From: Candidatus Marinacidobacterales bacterium
GTDB taxonomy: Bacteria > Acidobacteriota > Vicinamibacteria > Marinacidobacterales > DATDRI01
NCBI GenBank assembly: GCA_965219415.1
Contig: CBDCNP010000002.1
Span: 1,536,001-1,600,000, forward strand
Length of the DNA stretch: 64,000 nucleotides
Direction of reading: 5' to 3'
Positions 1 to 9,197 of the stretch are shown piece after piece. The notes under the pieces are model-generated. The model did no database searches. It was not told the DNA's origin and saw only the letters and a list, made by a program, of their open reading frames with translations. Within the stretch, counting starts at the first letter, position 1; each line of letters starts with the position of its first letter. The position numbers and the translations under genes are program-made.

Positions 1-218
1 GTTTGTACGAGACCCTTGACCTCGAACCGCCAACTGTCGCGCTCGATGCTGGGAGCCCCAGAGGCGTCCAGGACAGGCCACTTCTTGGTTCGAGCCTGAT
101 TCGGGGGAATCCGATCCTCTCGAAGCGTGTCACTACTGATGATGACGCTCGGATCGTCTCTCGAGGCCTCTTGGGGTACGGGGACCGCCTCGGCCTGGAG
201 CTTTTCCTTATCCAACAT
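1..218 (-). CDS. Sulfite oxidase-like molybdopterin-dependent oxidoreductase, 5' part (runs off window)
   Basis: Manual translation from ATG at 218: MLDKEKLQAEAVP...REDRIPPNQARTKKWPVLDASGAPSIERDSWRFEVKGLV. The RIPPxQ..T.KWPVL...W.F.V.GLV pattern is typical of the N-terminus of this family. Not in the ORF track. Confidence 0.6.
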   Translation of the reverse strand, partial: MLDKEKLQAEAVPVPQEASRDDPSVIISSDTLREDRIPPNQARTKKWPVLDASGAPSIERDSWRFEVKGLVQ

Positions 219-250
219 CGTCAGGCATCGTCAGGCATCGTCAAACATCG
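216..250. repeat. Short tandem repeat, 10-bp unit CATCGTCAGG (about 3.5 copies, third imperfect)
   Basis: catcgtcagg catcgtcagg catcgtcaaa catcg, directly upstream of the start codon of the minus-strand gene. Confidence 0.8.
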
Positions 251-278
251 AGGAGTAGGCGGCTCGGTCTTGTAGCTA

Positions 279-461
279 CTAGAAAAGAGTGTAGATGAAC
301 GGTGCTACCGCTGACGACTCGGCAAACAGAATCAACATCCCGAAGAGAAGCAACGTCAATACCATAGGCGCCATCCACCAGAGCTTTCGTTCCCAGAGGA
401 ACGTCATCAGTTCCTGCACGATTCCCAGCTTGCGTCCCGCCGATTCTATTGCCTTGCCCAT
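279..461 (-). CDS. Small membrane protein, DUF5989 / SxtK-like family
   Basis: 60 aa with FLWERKLWWMAP...SAVAPFIYTLF, the signature of the small proteins that follow NodU-type carbamoyltransferases; RBS GGAG upstream. Confidence 0.85.
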   Translation of the reverse strand: MGKAIESAGRKLGIVQELMTFLWERKLWWMAPMVLTLLLFGMLILFAESSAVAPFIYTLF

Positions 462-470
462 GGACCGACC

Positions 471-2156
471 TCACTCCTTTGCAACAACGTAGTTGCCCAA
501 CACCAACCGGTCCATGCCGCTCTGGCTGAACGTCGAGTAAGCCTGTTCCGGCGTATTCACAATCGGCTCACCGCGAAGATTGAACGAAGTGTTCATGATG
601 ATCGGCACGCCGGTGGCTTCACCGAAACGTGCGATGAGGTCATGGTACCGTGAATTGCCATCCCGAACCACTGTTTGTAGGCGACCGGTTCCATCCACGT
701 GTGTTACTGCGGGGATGACGTCGCGCTTCGATGGCTTGACGTCGAAGACGAGCAGCATGAACCGCTCAGGATACTGCCGCTCTAGGTTCTTGACCCCGGG
801 CGCTTCGAAGTACTCGTCAACATGGCCGCTCAACACCGCGGGTGCGAACGGACGATAAGGCTCCCGAAACTTAATCTTGGTATTGACGATTTCTTTCATG
901 TCTGCCCGACGAGGATCCGCAATGATCGATCGATGCCCCAAGGCGCGCGGCCCCCACTCGAACCATCCTGGTACCAGCCGATGACCTCACCGCCCTGGAG
1001 CGCCTCGACGGTGCGGTCGAGGAGGCGATCCTCATCGAGTCGCTCGTAGCGGATGCCTTGTTCCTCGAGGAAGGCCTTTACTTCGGAATCGGAGTATGAC
1101 TTCCCCCAAAATGCGTGCTCTAGAACGAATTGACGCGGATTACCCAAAAGCGTGTTGTAAGCCCAAAGCGCTGCGCCGAGAGCACCACCTCCATCCCCGG
1201 CGGACGGCTGAATGAAGATCTCCTCAAAAGGGCGTTTCTCGAAGGATGCATCCATTGGCAACACTGTTGAGGGCGACTCCCCCCGCCATGCAAAGCCTCC
1301 GAAGCCCGGTCTCTCGATGCAGGTGATTCGCCATGTCGAGGAGAATTTCTTCCGTCACTCGCTGAATGCTGGACGCGATGTCTGCATAGTGCTGGTTGGA
1401 CCGACAGAGCTCGTCGTAGTTTGCGGGAGGTTCCCCGAAGTAACTCGGAAAACCTGAATCCTTGGTAAAGAAAAGTAGGTCGGACGGACGCGGCTCGCCG
1501 AAGAGATCGACGAAACGATGATTGAAAGCCTTCTTATCGGAGTAATGGAAGGAAAAGTACTCCATGTTGAGACGAAACGATCCGTCGCCGTTCTTCTGAA
1601 TCAGTTTGTAGACCTTTTCGGCGTATCGGGGCTCTCCGTACGGTGCCATCCCCATCACCTTGTATTCCCCTTCGTTCACCTGAAACCCGAGGAAGGCAGT
1701 GAAGGCGCTATAGAGCAATCCTAGCGAGTGCGGAAACTCAATCTGACGATGGAGTTGGATATCGTTTCCGCGACCGACGCCGTAGCTTGCAGTGGCCCAC
1801 TCCCCCACCCCGTCGACGGTGAGAATGGCCGCCTCGTCGAAAGGAGAGCAAAGGTAGGCGCTGGCCGCATGGGACAGGTGGTGCTCGGAGAACAAAATCT
1901 TATCTCGCGGCACTCCGATCCTTTCGGTGATGAGCGCGCTGACCCACAGCTTGTCCAGCATCCAAGCCATCATCGCTTCGCGGAAGACCGGGAGCGCCCG
2001 CGGAAACATCTGCAGCGACGTCATGAGAATCCGCTCGAACTTCTGGAAGGGCTTTTCGAAGAACGCAACGTGGTCCAGATCTTCCGGGCCGATGCCTGCG
2101 GAGTCCAGGACGAACTGGATGGCGTTGGCCGGGAAATCGTAATCGTGCTTCTTGCG
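471..2156 (-). pseudogene. NodU/CmcH-family carbamoyltransferase, two frameshifts and N-terminally truncated
   Basis: Motifs RKKHDYDFP, EHHLSHAAS, DGVGEW, EGEYKVMG, AGGVALNSVANG, KFREPYRPFAP, HVDGTGRLQTV and NTSFNLRGEP are spread over ORFs 1224-2024, 896-1264 and 471-941. The usual first ~30 aa (ILG...HD.AA...EEERF) are absent before 2156. Confidence 0.85.
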
Positions 2157-3825
2157 ATACTTCGTGCCCTGTTTTTACTGCAACGTGAGCGACACCTACC
2201 TCTTCAAGGAGAAACGTCAACGGCTCTGGGTGATCTTCGCCGGCGGGTTCTTCGAGCTCTTCATCTGGGCGACGGCGGTTCTGGCATGGCGGCTCGTGGC
2301 ACCGGAGGCTTTTCTGTCCCGAGTTTTCTTCATCATCGTGGCGGTGGGAGCAATCAAGACGTTCTTCAATTTCAATCCGCTCATCAAGCTGGATGGCTAC
2401 TACCTCCTAGCGGATTACCTGGGGATCGCCAACCTTCGCAAAGAGGCCCTCTCTGGTCTCGGCCGGTTCTTCCGGCGCTTCGTTTTGAATCTCTCCATCG
2501 AGCCGCCGCGACCGGAGCTGGCGGGTCGTAACATTCTTTGGCTTCGCGGCGATCGTTTCGTGACCCTATTTGGCGCCGCGGCGCTCACCTACACGGTGAT
2601 TCTCTTGGGATACATCGCAATTTGGTCGGGCGGATGGGCATTCGACGAGTTCGGTTCGAGCGGACTCGGCCTTTTCACCCTCGCCATGGTCGGCCTTCTC
2701 CACAAGCCGGCCTCGGAAGCAGCATCGAGCGCACGCTCGGTCGGCAAAGAAAAGTGGGAAGACCTCGGAAAGAAGCACCGGCGTTCCCGATTCGTTCTTT
2801 TCTGGGGCGTTCTGCTGCTGGCTGTTGCATTTTGCCCCTGGCAGCTTCGCATTGCCAGTGAGCTCAAAGTCTTGCCGAAAAGTCGTGCCACGGTGCGTGC
2901 CCCCGCCGACGGGCGGATTGCGCGCATCGCCTTCTCAGAAGGAGAGCAGGTCAAGAAGGGAGATCTCCTTCTCGAGTACGATTCGAAGTCTCTCGCCCTC
3001 GACAAAGAGACAAAGCACGCCGAGCTCGCCAGGTCGCAGGAAGAGCTCCGGCTTCTGGAAAAGCTCAATCCCACCTGGAGGGAAGAAATTCGCGTCGAGG
3101 AACGTACTCTCGAAACGGCACGGGCTCAGACGGCGAAAGCCAAGCAGGACTTCGAAAGGACCCAGAAACTCTGGACCAGCGGCTTGGTGGCACGGGAACA
3201 GTTCGACCAAGTCCAGGCCGAGCTAGAGCAGGCCTCGAGCAAGCAGCGCAAACAAGAGGCGGAGTTGCAGCTGGCGCGGAAGGCCAGTCGCGCGAGCCGC
3301 AACGAGCAGATCGAGGTCTTGCACCTGCGTGATGCGGACGCTCAGCGCGCGGTCATCCAACGGCTCGAAGCTGAGCTAGCCCAGTTAGAAGATCTCTTGA
3401 GCCGCAGCCGCATTTTTGCACCGCTTTCGGGTACTCTGACCACCTACCGTTTCCAGGAAAAACTCGGAGAGTTTTTGGAGGAGGGCGACGTCGTTTGCGA
3501 GATCGTGAACGACGAGCAAGTCGTCATCGAAATGCCGGTGCCAGAGAAAGAGATCGATGCCATCGAGATCGGCTATCCGGTGAAGTTCAAAGTGAGGGGT
3601 TACCCGCACCGAAGCTTTCACGCCGAAGTCGCGGAGATCGCCCCCATCGCTGCGGAGGGCGAAAAGACTTCGACGATCCTCATTCGTGCCGGCATGGACA
3701 ATGAAGACCGCACATTGAAGCCGGGCATGACGGGTATTGCGAAGATCTACTGCGGCTGGACGGTCATCGCCCACGTCTTCAGTCGAGACATCATCCGCTT
3801 CATCCGCACCGAGTTCTGGCTATAA
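2152..3825 (+). CDS. M50 (site-2 protease-like) membrane domain fused to HlyD-family periplasmic adaptor, N-terminally truncated
   Basis: FNFNPLIKLDGYYLL (M50 NxxPxxxLDG motif), several TM helices, a biotinyl-like hairpin (VRAPADGRI...EGEQVKKGDLL), a coiled coil and LKPGMTG.AKI. The HExxH part is missing and the ORF starts abruptly at YFVPCFYCNVSD. Confidence 0.75.
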   Translation: MRYFVPCFYCNVSDTYLFKEKRQRLWVIFAGGFFELFIWATAVLAWRLVAPEAFLSRVFFIIVAVGAIKTFFNFNPLIKLDGYYLLADYLGIANLRKEALSGLGRFFRRFVLNLSIEPPRPELAGRNILWLRGDRFVTLFGAAALTYTVILLGYIAIWSGGWAFDEFGSSGLGLFTLAMVGLLHKPASEAASSARSVGKEKWEDLGKKHRRSRFVLFWGVLLLAVAFCPWQLRIASELKVLPKSRATVRAPADGRIARIAFSEGEQVKKGDLLLEYDSKSLALDKETKHAELARSQEELRLLEKLNPTWREEIRVEERTLETARAQTAKAKQDFERTQKLWTSGLVAREQFDQVQAELEQASSKQRKQEAELQLARKASRASRNEQIEVLHLRDADAQRAVIQRLEAELAQLEDLLSRSRIFAPLSGTLTTYRFQEKLGEFLEEGDVVCEIVNDEQVVIEMPVPEKEIDAIEIGYPVKFKVRGYPHRSFHAEVAEIAPIAAEGEKTSTILIRAGMDNEDRTLKPGMTGIAKIYCGWTVIAHVFSRDIIRFIRTEFWL

Positions 3826-4374
3826 CACGGACTCGACGACTTCCAGTACCTTCCTCTCCGGCAGAGACACCACCACAAACGACGGGAGACCGAGCCGTCT
3901 CCAGAAGGGGAAGGGATCGACTCCGGCGTAGGCGGCCACCAACAGGGTAATGACCCGACCATGCGAAATCAGAGCGACGTTTCCATCGGGGTGGGTCTCC
4001 AAGAAGCGATCCACCGCTTCGCGGAATCGACCGAGAGCCTGGGTCGCCGTCTCGTCCCCGAAGACCAGCTCATCGGGCCGCGCGAATAGCTCCGCCACCA
4101 CGCTCTCGAACTTCCCCCCGGGGAGAAGCTCCAAGCTTCCCCGCTCCTGCTCGTGAAGGCCTTCGAAGATCTCGACCGACTTTCCCAGCTCGCGCGCAAT
4201 GATCTCAGCCGTTTCGGTAGCCTTGGGCTCGTTGCTGGCCCCGATCACACCTGGTTCATGGCGAGCGACGGCAACCGCCCGTTTGCGCCCCTCCTCCGTC
4301 AAGACCCATTCCGCGGCTCGACGATCGGGCCGGATCTCGGGAAGCGAATGCTTGACCAAGACAAGCTTGCGCAT
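3820..4374 (-). CDS. Histidine phosphatase (phosphoglycerate mutase-like) family protein
   Basis: N-terminal LVLVKHS (RHG variant), LTEEGR, and ALISHG. Confidence 0.8.
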   Translation of the reverse strand: MRKLVLVKHSLPEIRPDRRAAEWVLTEEGRKRAVAVARHEPGVIGASNEPKATETAEIIARELGKSVEIFEGLHEQERGSLELLPGGKFESVVAELFARPDELVFGDETATQALGRFREAVDRFLETHPDGNVALISHGRVITLLVAAYAGVDPFPFWRRLGLPSFVVVSLPERKVLEVVESVL

Positions 4375-4469
4375 GAGTTTCGGGGACCGGTTATTTATCT
4401 CACGAAATGGTAGTCTGTGCGCACTGCAAAAGCGATAGCAGATCGGTTACCCCGAAATAGGAGGGGACC

Positions 4470-5774
4470 ATGGAAAGGCGGAGCTTCCTAGGAACGCTGG
4501 GCAAGGGATTCGGAGCGGCGACGGCAGGCACTCTCTTCGGGCCGGAGACGATGCGCCGGGTCGAAGCCTCTTCGCGCCGTTTGGCGGGTATCGGCCCGGC
4601 CGAGGCGGCGAAAGACGAGGCCTACTGGCGTAACATCCAACAAGCGTTCACCGTGACTCGGAGCCTCATCGACCTCAATAGTGGTGGGGTCTCCGCGTCT
4701 CCACGCGTCGTCACCGAGGCTCTGGTGCGCTACATCTGGGAGCAAGAAGAAGCACCCGTCTACACGATGTGGAAAATCCTCGAGCCCCGCCGCGAGTTCG
4801 TCCGCAGCGGTTTGGCCGAGCTCTTCGGGTGTGATCGCGAGGAGATTGCGCTAGTGCGCAACGCTTCCGAGGCTCTAGCAATCTTGCTCAACGGTTTCGA
4901 TCTCCAAACGGGAGATGAGGTCGTGACCTCGGAGCACGACTACCCCCGCATGCGGACCACACTCGACCAACGGCGCCGCCGCGAAGGGATCGACATCAAG
5001 CTGTTTCCCGTCGCCACGCCAACCGAGGACACCGATGTCCTTGTGGAAGGCTTCGCGAATGCGATCTCTCCACAGACCAAACTGATTCTGGTGAGCCATC
5101 AAGTCAACATCACCGGGCAAATCTTTCCCGTCAAACAGATCGTCGAGCTCGCGCGGCCGCGCGGCATCGAGGTCATCGTCGACGGGGCGCACTCCTTCGG
5201 CCAGTTCGCCTTCACCCAATCCGACCTGGGTTGCGACTATTTCGGTACCAGCCTCCACAAATGGCTTCTCGCCCCTAAAGGAACTGGGATGCTTTACGTG
5301 CGGCGGGACAAGATCAAAAAAGTCTGGCCGCTCATGGCCGCTCCGGAGGAAATGGACGACGATATCCGGAAGTTCGAGGAGATCGGCACGCATCCCGCGG
5401 CCAACGAAGTCGCCACCGGCGAAGCACTCACCTTCCACAATACGATTGGCTCGGCGAGGAAAGAGGCCCGCCTGCGCTACCTCCAGCACTACTGGGCAGA
5501 GAGGCTGCAGCAGATACCCAACGTCCGTCTGCATACTTCATTGAAACCGGAGATGAGCTGCGCGATCGCTACGGTGGAAATTAGCGGAGTGGACACCAAG
5601 GCGTTAGACGAGTACCTGTGGGACAAACATCACATCATCGTGGTCCCGATCTTGAGGGAGGACTTCCAGGGACTTCGCGTGACCCCCAACCTCTTCACTA
5701 CACTCGATGAGCTGGACTATTTCTGTGACGTCATGGAGCACGTCGCTAAGAAAGGCTTGCCCAAGAGCATTTAG
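4470..5774 (+). CDS. Class V PLP-dependent aminotransferase-fold enzyme (isopenicillin N epimerase / cysteine desulfurase-like) with Tat signal
   Basis: MERRSFL twin-arginine motif; VDGAHSFG; TSLHKWLLAPKGTG (PLP lysine); RBS GGAGG. Confidence 0.85.
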   Translation: MERRSFLGTLGKGFGAATAGTLFGPETMRRVEASSRRLAGIGPAEAAKDEAYWRNIQQAFTVTRSLIDLNSGGVSASPRVVTEALVRYIWEQEEAPVYTMWKILEPRREFVRSGLAELFGCDREEIALVRNASEALAILLNGFDLQTGDEVVTSEHDYPRMRTTLDQRRRREGIDIKLFPVATPTEDTDVLVEGFANAISPQTKLILVSHQVNITGQIFPVKQIVELARPRGIEVIVDGAHSFGQFAFTQSDLGCDYFGTSLHKWLLAPKGTGMLYVRRDKIKKVWPLMAAPEEMDDDIRKFEEIGTHPAANEVATGEALTFHNTIGSARKEARLRYLQHYWAERLQQIPNVRLHTSLKPEMSCAIATVEISGVDTKALDEYLWDKHHIIVVPILREDFQGLRVTPNLFTTLDELDYFCDVMEHVAKKGLPKSI

Positions 5775-5789
5775 TGTATCAGTGCGCGC

Positions 5790-5960
5790 TCACTCCTCGT
5801 TCGCGCGCTTGCCGCCTCGCTCCTCGCTCGGCTTCCTCATCCTTCCCTTGCTTTTTCAGACACACACCCAAGCCGTGGTGCGCCTCGGCGTGCTTGGGTT
5901 GGAGATCGATGGCTCGCCTATAAGAAGAGATCGCTTCATCGACCCGATCGAGCGCAACCA
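5790..5960 (-). pseudogene. TPR-repeat gene remnant
   Basis: Manual translation LDRVDEAISSYRRAIDLQPKHAEAHHGLGVCLKSKGR...* matches the TPR consensus; no in-frame start codon found upstream. Confidence 0.55.
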
Positions 5961-6033
5961 GCCGACCTCTCCTGACCGATCCCTCTTGAACCAGCCGGGC
6001 GCCATGGTGCTTATTGGTCGGATGGCATGGAGC

Positions 6034-6885
6034 TTACGGCAGGATCCCGAAAATACGGCTGCCGGCCCCACCGCCCCCCTGAAACTTCATGGGCGCCACG
6101 ACCAACCACGCCCCGGCGGCGGGCAGGGCATCGATGTTGGCGATCATCTCGATCTGGTACTTTCCGGCACGGTGCATCTCGATGTGCACTTGGTGCGGCG
6201 GGTCGGTCCCCATCGAAACGCCGAGCGCGTCCGTCGCGAGGGAATCGGAGGCGAGCGCGTTGATGTCGCGGTTCTCCAAGAGCCATCTAGCCGCGTCCGG
6301 GGAGAATCCCGGAAAGTGCAGCCCTCCCGCCTCGTCGAGACCGAGAAACGCCTTGAGATCGGAATACTTGTCACCCCAGCCGCTGTTCAGGATCACGACG
6401 GCGCCTGCAGGGATCTCCCCGTGCGTCTGCTCCCATGCATTGAGGTCATCGACCGACAGCATGTAGTCCGGATCCGCAGCAGCCTTGACCTTCACATCCA
6501 CGACGACGGCGGGTGCGACCAGGCGGTCGATGGGAATCTCGTCGATCGCCTCTTTGTCCTTGCCGGAGAACCAATGGTTCGGAGCGTCGGTGTGAGTGCC
6601 CGCGTGCTCCGTCATCTGATACCAGTTCCAGTACCAAGTGTTCGCTCCCCGCTCGTCCCACCGGGCGATTTCGGTCTTCTTGAAAAGAACTCCCTGGCCC
6701 AAGCCAGGAGGAGCCACAAACTCCGGTGCGCCTTCGACATAGGGGTGGGAAAGATCGACCAGCGAATAGTTCCCCGCTGCCAGGGCTTCCACGACCGAGG
6801 GGGGAGGTGCCTCCGTTTGCGGTGGCGCGCAGGAGACGAGCAACGCGATTCCTAAGACAAGTAGCTTTAGCGGCAGAACCCTCAT
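6034..6885 (-). CDS. Cyclase family metal-dependent hydrolase (kynurenine formamidase / isatin hydrolase-like), predicted lipoprotein
   Basis: EHAGTHTDAPNH (HxGTHxDxPxH motif), HFPGFS, and a signal peptide with lipobox LVSC. Confidence 0.88.
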   Translation of the reverse strand: MRVLPLKLLVLGIALLVSCAPPQTEAPPPSVVEALAAGNYSLVDLSHPYVEGAPEFVAPPGLGQGVLFKKTEIARWDERGANTWYWNWYQMTEHAGTHTDAPNHWFSGKDKEAIDEIPIDRLVAPAVVVDVKVKAAADPDYMLSVDDLNAWEQTHGEIPAGAVVILNSGWGDKYSDLKAFLGLDEAGGLHFPGFSPDAARWLLENRDINALASDSLATDALGVSMGTDPPHQVHIEMHRAGKYQIEMIANIDALPAAGAWLVVAPMKFQGGGGAGSRIFGILP

Positions 6886-6911
6886 TTATTTTCCTCCCCC
6901 GAGACGGCCGT

Positions 6912-7022
6912 TCAATCTCGGCGACCCTTCCTGATCAACCAACAGTAGTAGAACATTGGAATCAAAACCAGAGTTGGCAAGACAAAGAGCAAGATGAAAC
7001 TGCTGAGTGGTAGTCCAAGCAT
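6912..7022 (-). CDS. 36-aa single-TM protein, putative sodium:solute symporter small partner
   Basis: MLGLPLSSFILLFVLPTLVLIPMFYYCWLIRKGRRD*; starts 7 nt after the SSS stop codon and fills the intergenic gap; hydrophobic helix followed by a basic tail. Confidence 0.65.
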   Translation of the reverse strand: MLGLPLSSFILLFVLPTLVLIPMFYYCWLIRKGRRD

Positions 7023-7029
7023 CAGGGTT

Positions 7030-8496
7030 TCAGGCTTTCTCCGGAAAGAACTTGTTGGTCGCTTCTTCTTTTACCGGTTGCGTGAAGATGTTAACGACGA
7101 GCATTAGGGTCCCACCGGTGGCCAGCCCGACGATCCCGGGATGCACTCCTTGCACCCAGCTCGCACCGGCCAGGGTCCACCACGTCCAGATGGCGGTCGC
7201 GACGGCGCCACCCACGGAGGATGCGGTCGCCGCCTCTTTGCTCACCCGGCGGGAAGTGAGGCCCACGATGAGCGGGAAGAAAAAGGTGGCCCCGACAATG
7301 GCCACCGCATAAGAGACGATCTGGAGAATCAGTGCGACATCCGGCAACGAGCCGAGAAAAGCAACGACTCCCACGGCGACGATCGTGAGGCGCGAGACAC
7401 GCAAGTAATAGCGCTCATCTTTGACCACACCGCGAGGCTCGTGAATGCTCTTCCGCAATATGTCGTGTGAGATCGCCGCCCCCGACATGAGAAGTAACGA
7501 GTCCGTTGTAGACATTGCGGCGCTAGCGATGCCGGTCAAAGCGATCGCGGACAAGACGGGTCCTAGCGTGGCTCCGACCAACGCCGGGAAGGCTTCATCG
7601 GGACTCGAGATCTGATCCCAAACCAGAACACGGGCCGCGGCGCCAAGGTAAAAATTTCCATAGAGCAAGAAGCCTCCCACCAGCAACGCCGTGAAGGGTA
7701 TCGAGAATCGAGCGATCTTGCTATCGCGGGCCGCGAACATCTTGGTGATGAGCTCGATTCGTGTGCAATACGCGACGAACCATACTAAATACCAGGAGAT
7801 CAGGAAGCTGGTCGTCCATGTCGTTCCGCGTACTGAGGTCCAGCCCGGTGCCACTTGCTCGACTTTCTCGAGCACCTCGAACCATCCTCCCGCCATCTCG
7901 TAGACGTAGGGAGCGAGAAACATGAGACCTATCCACATGAAAAGGAATTGGGCAATGTTGGTCCAGACCACGGCGAGCAGCCCGCCGAGGGCGACATAGA
8001 ACACGAAGATGACGGTCCCGAGGACCAATCCCCAGAAGAACGGTATTCCGAGGAGCTTTTCTAAGATGAAACCCATGCCTCGGATCTGGGCGATCACGTA
8101 AACGATGCTGGAGACGGCGATCATGAGCGCGCTCCAGGTGCGCAAGAAGCGGCTGTCGAATCGGTCCCCCATGTAGTCGGGAAGGGTGAACCCTTTGGAC
8201 TCCCGGAGCTTTTTCGCGAAAAAGAAAAAAATGACCGCGAAGCCGAGGGACATGGACAAGTAGGGCAGTATCGCCACGCCGCCAAAGCGGCCGGCGAAAG
8301 CCATTCCACTCAGAATCGAGCCGCCGTGCATGATCGCCGCCATATTGGCGATGACCAACACCACGACGCCGAACCGGCGGCTCGCCACCCAAAAATCTTC
8401 GGAAGTCTTTTGGTATCGGGCCGAAAGGAGGCCAATCGCGATGACGGCTATCAGGTAGAGACCAAAAACGACGAGGCCGACAGAGGGAGGGCTCAC
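7030..8496 (-). CDS. Sodium:solute symporter (SSS) family transporter
   Basis: About 13 TM helices; EDFWVASR, TLPDYMGDRFDS, YVALGGLLAVVWT and SAAMSTTDSLLL motifs. Confidence 0.92.
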   Translation of the reverse strand: MSPPSVGLVVFGLYLIAVIAIGLLSARYQKTSEDFWVASRRFGVVVLVIANMAAIMHGGSILSGMAFAGRFGGVAILPYLSMSLGFAVIFFFFAKKLRESKGFTLPDYMGDRFDSRFLRTWSALMIAVSSIVYVIAQIRGMGFILEKLLGIPFFWGLVLGTVIFVFYVALGGLLAVVWTNIAQFLFMWIGLMFLAPYVYEMAGGWFEVLEKVEQVAPGWTSVRGTTWTTSFLISWYLVWFVAYCTRIELITKMFAARDSKIARFSIPFTALLVGGFLLYGNFYLGAAARVLVWDQISSPDEAFPALVGATLGPVLSAIALTGIASAAMSTTDSLLLMSGAAISHDILRKSIHEPRGVVKDERYYLRVSRLTIVAVGVVAFLGSLPDVALILQIVSYAVAIVGATFFFPLIVGLTSRRVSKEAATASSVGGAVATAIWTWWTLAGASWVQGVHPGIVGLATGGTLMLVVNIFTQPVKEEATNKFFPEKA

Positions 8497-8600
8497 GAGA
8501 TCCTCATTACTTGAAGGCGGCCAGCTTCAAGCGGCGGATGCTAGCACGCGGTTTCCATGGCTGTCAACGATTCGGAGGCCTGTCCGGCCCGGGAAGCATC

Positions 8601-8628
8601 TTGACTTCAAAGCGAAAACCAGTAAAAT
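8601..8628 (+). promoter_or_regulatory. Putative sigma70 promoter
   Basis: TTGACT-16 nt-TAAAAT, followed by the AGGAGG RBS of the gene at 8651. Confidence 0.5.
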
Positions 8629-8650
8629 CCCCACCATTCAAGGAGGCTCA

Positions 8651-9197
8651 ATGAAGCTGAAGAAAGTCCTTTTAGTTGGAATGTCTGTAGTTCTGTGCCT
8701 GGTGGTGGCCGGCGTCGTGCTGGCGGAGAAGAGCAAGGCCGAGCTGATTGCGGACGCAGAGAGCGCCGCTCCTGCGTCTGTCACCAAGAACGCAACCATC
8801 AAGGCCTCGGACGGCAAGGTCCTGAGGGAAGGGTCGAAATGGCTGGACCTGCTACCCGGGCTCAAAGATCATCGGGCCGATGTGCAACCGACCGCAGTGG
8901 GACGAAGTGCTCGGTGCCATGATGAACAAGAAGCCGCTCGACGTAAAGGAGTTCAGCATCTCCTACATGCTGGCGGGCGAGGGAGAAGCCCTTGGGGTCA
9001 GCAATAAGGATCCGTATGCGACCGCGCCCACCGACGACAATGACTGGGTCAAGGAAGGACCGCACCTGATGATCGTGGTGCCTGATGCAGCTGCCCTGGA
9101 AGGGCTTTCCACCAACCCGAAGGATCCTGTCTACGTCATGTGGAAGGGCGCCCCTTACGCCCACATCATGGTGAAGATCGCTCCGGAGGAGCACTAG
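8651..9197 (+). CDS. Conserved hypothetical secreted protein (one apparent frameshift near 8838)
   Basis: Signal peptide. Removing one A from the AAA run at 8837-8839 joins ORFs 8651 and 8880 as ...VLREGSNGWTCYPGSKIIGPMCN...ISYML...GPHLMIVVP...YVMWKGAPYAHIMV. Confidence 0.75.

Noticed and set aside
279-2156. Saxitoxin cluster (sxtI/sxtK-like carbamoyltransferase plus small protein)
   Set aside because: This gene pair is widespread outside toxin producers, and no sxtA, sxtG or other sxt genes are present.
4470-5774. Beta-lactam biosynthesis (isopenicillin N epimerase)
   Set aside because: Only fold-level similarity; no ACV synthetase or IPNS nearby, and the protein has a Tat signal.
8510-8531. 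Inverted repeat CTTGAAG-N8-CTTCAAG upstream of the SSS gene as a terminator or riboswitch
   Set aside because: Short stem, no U-tract and no recognisable aptamer; it could be an operator but is unsupported.
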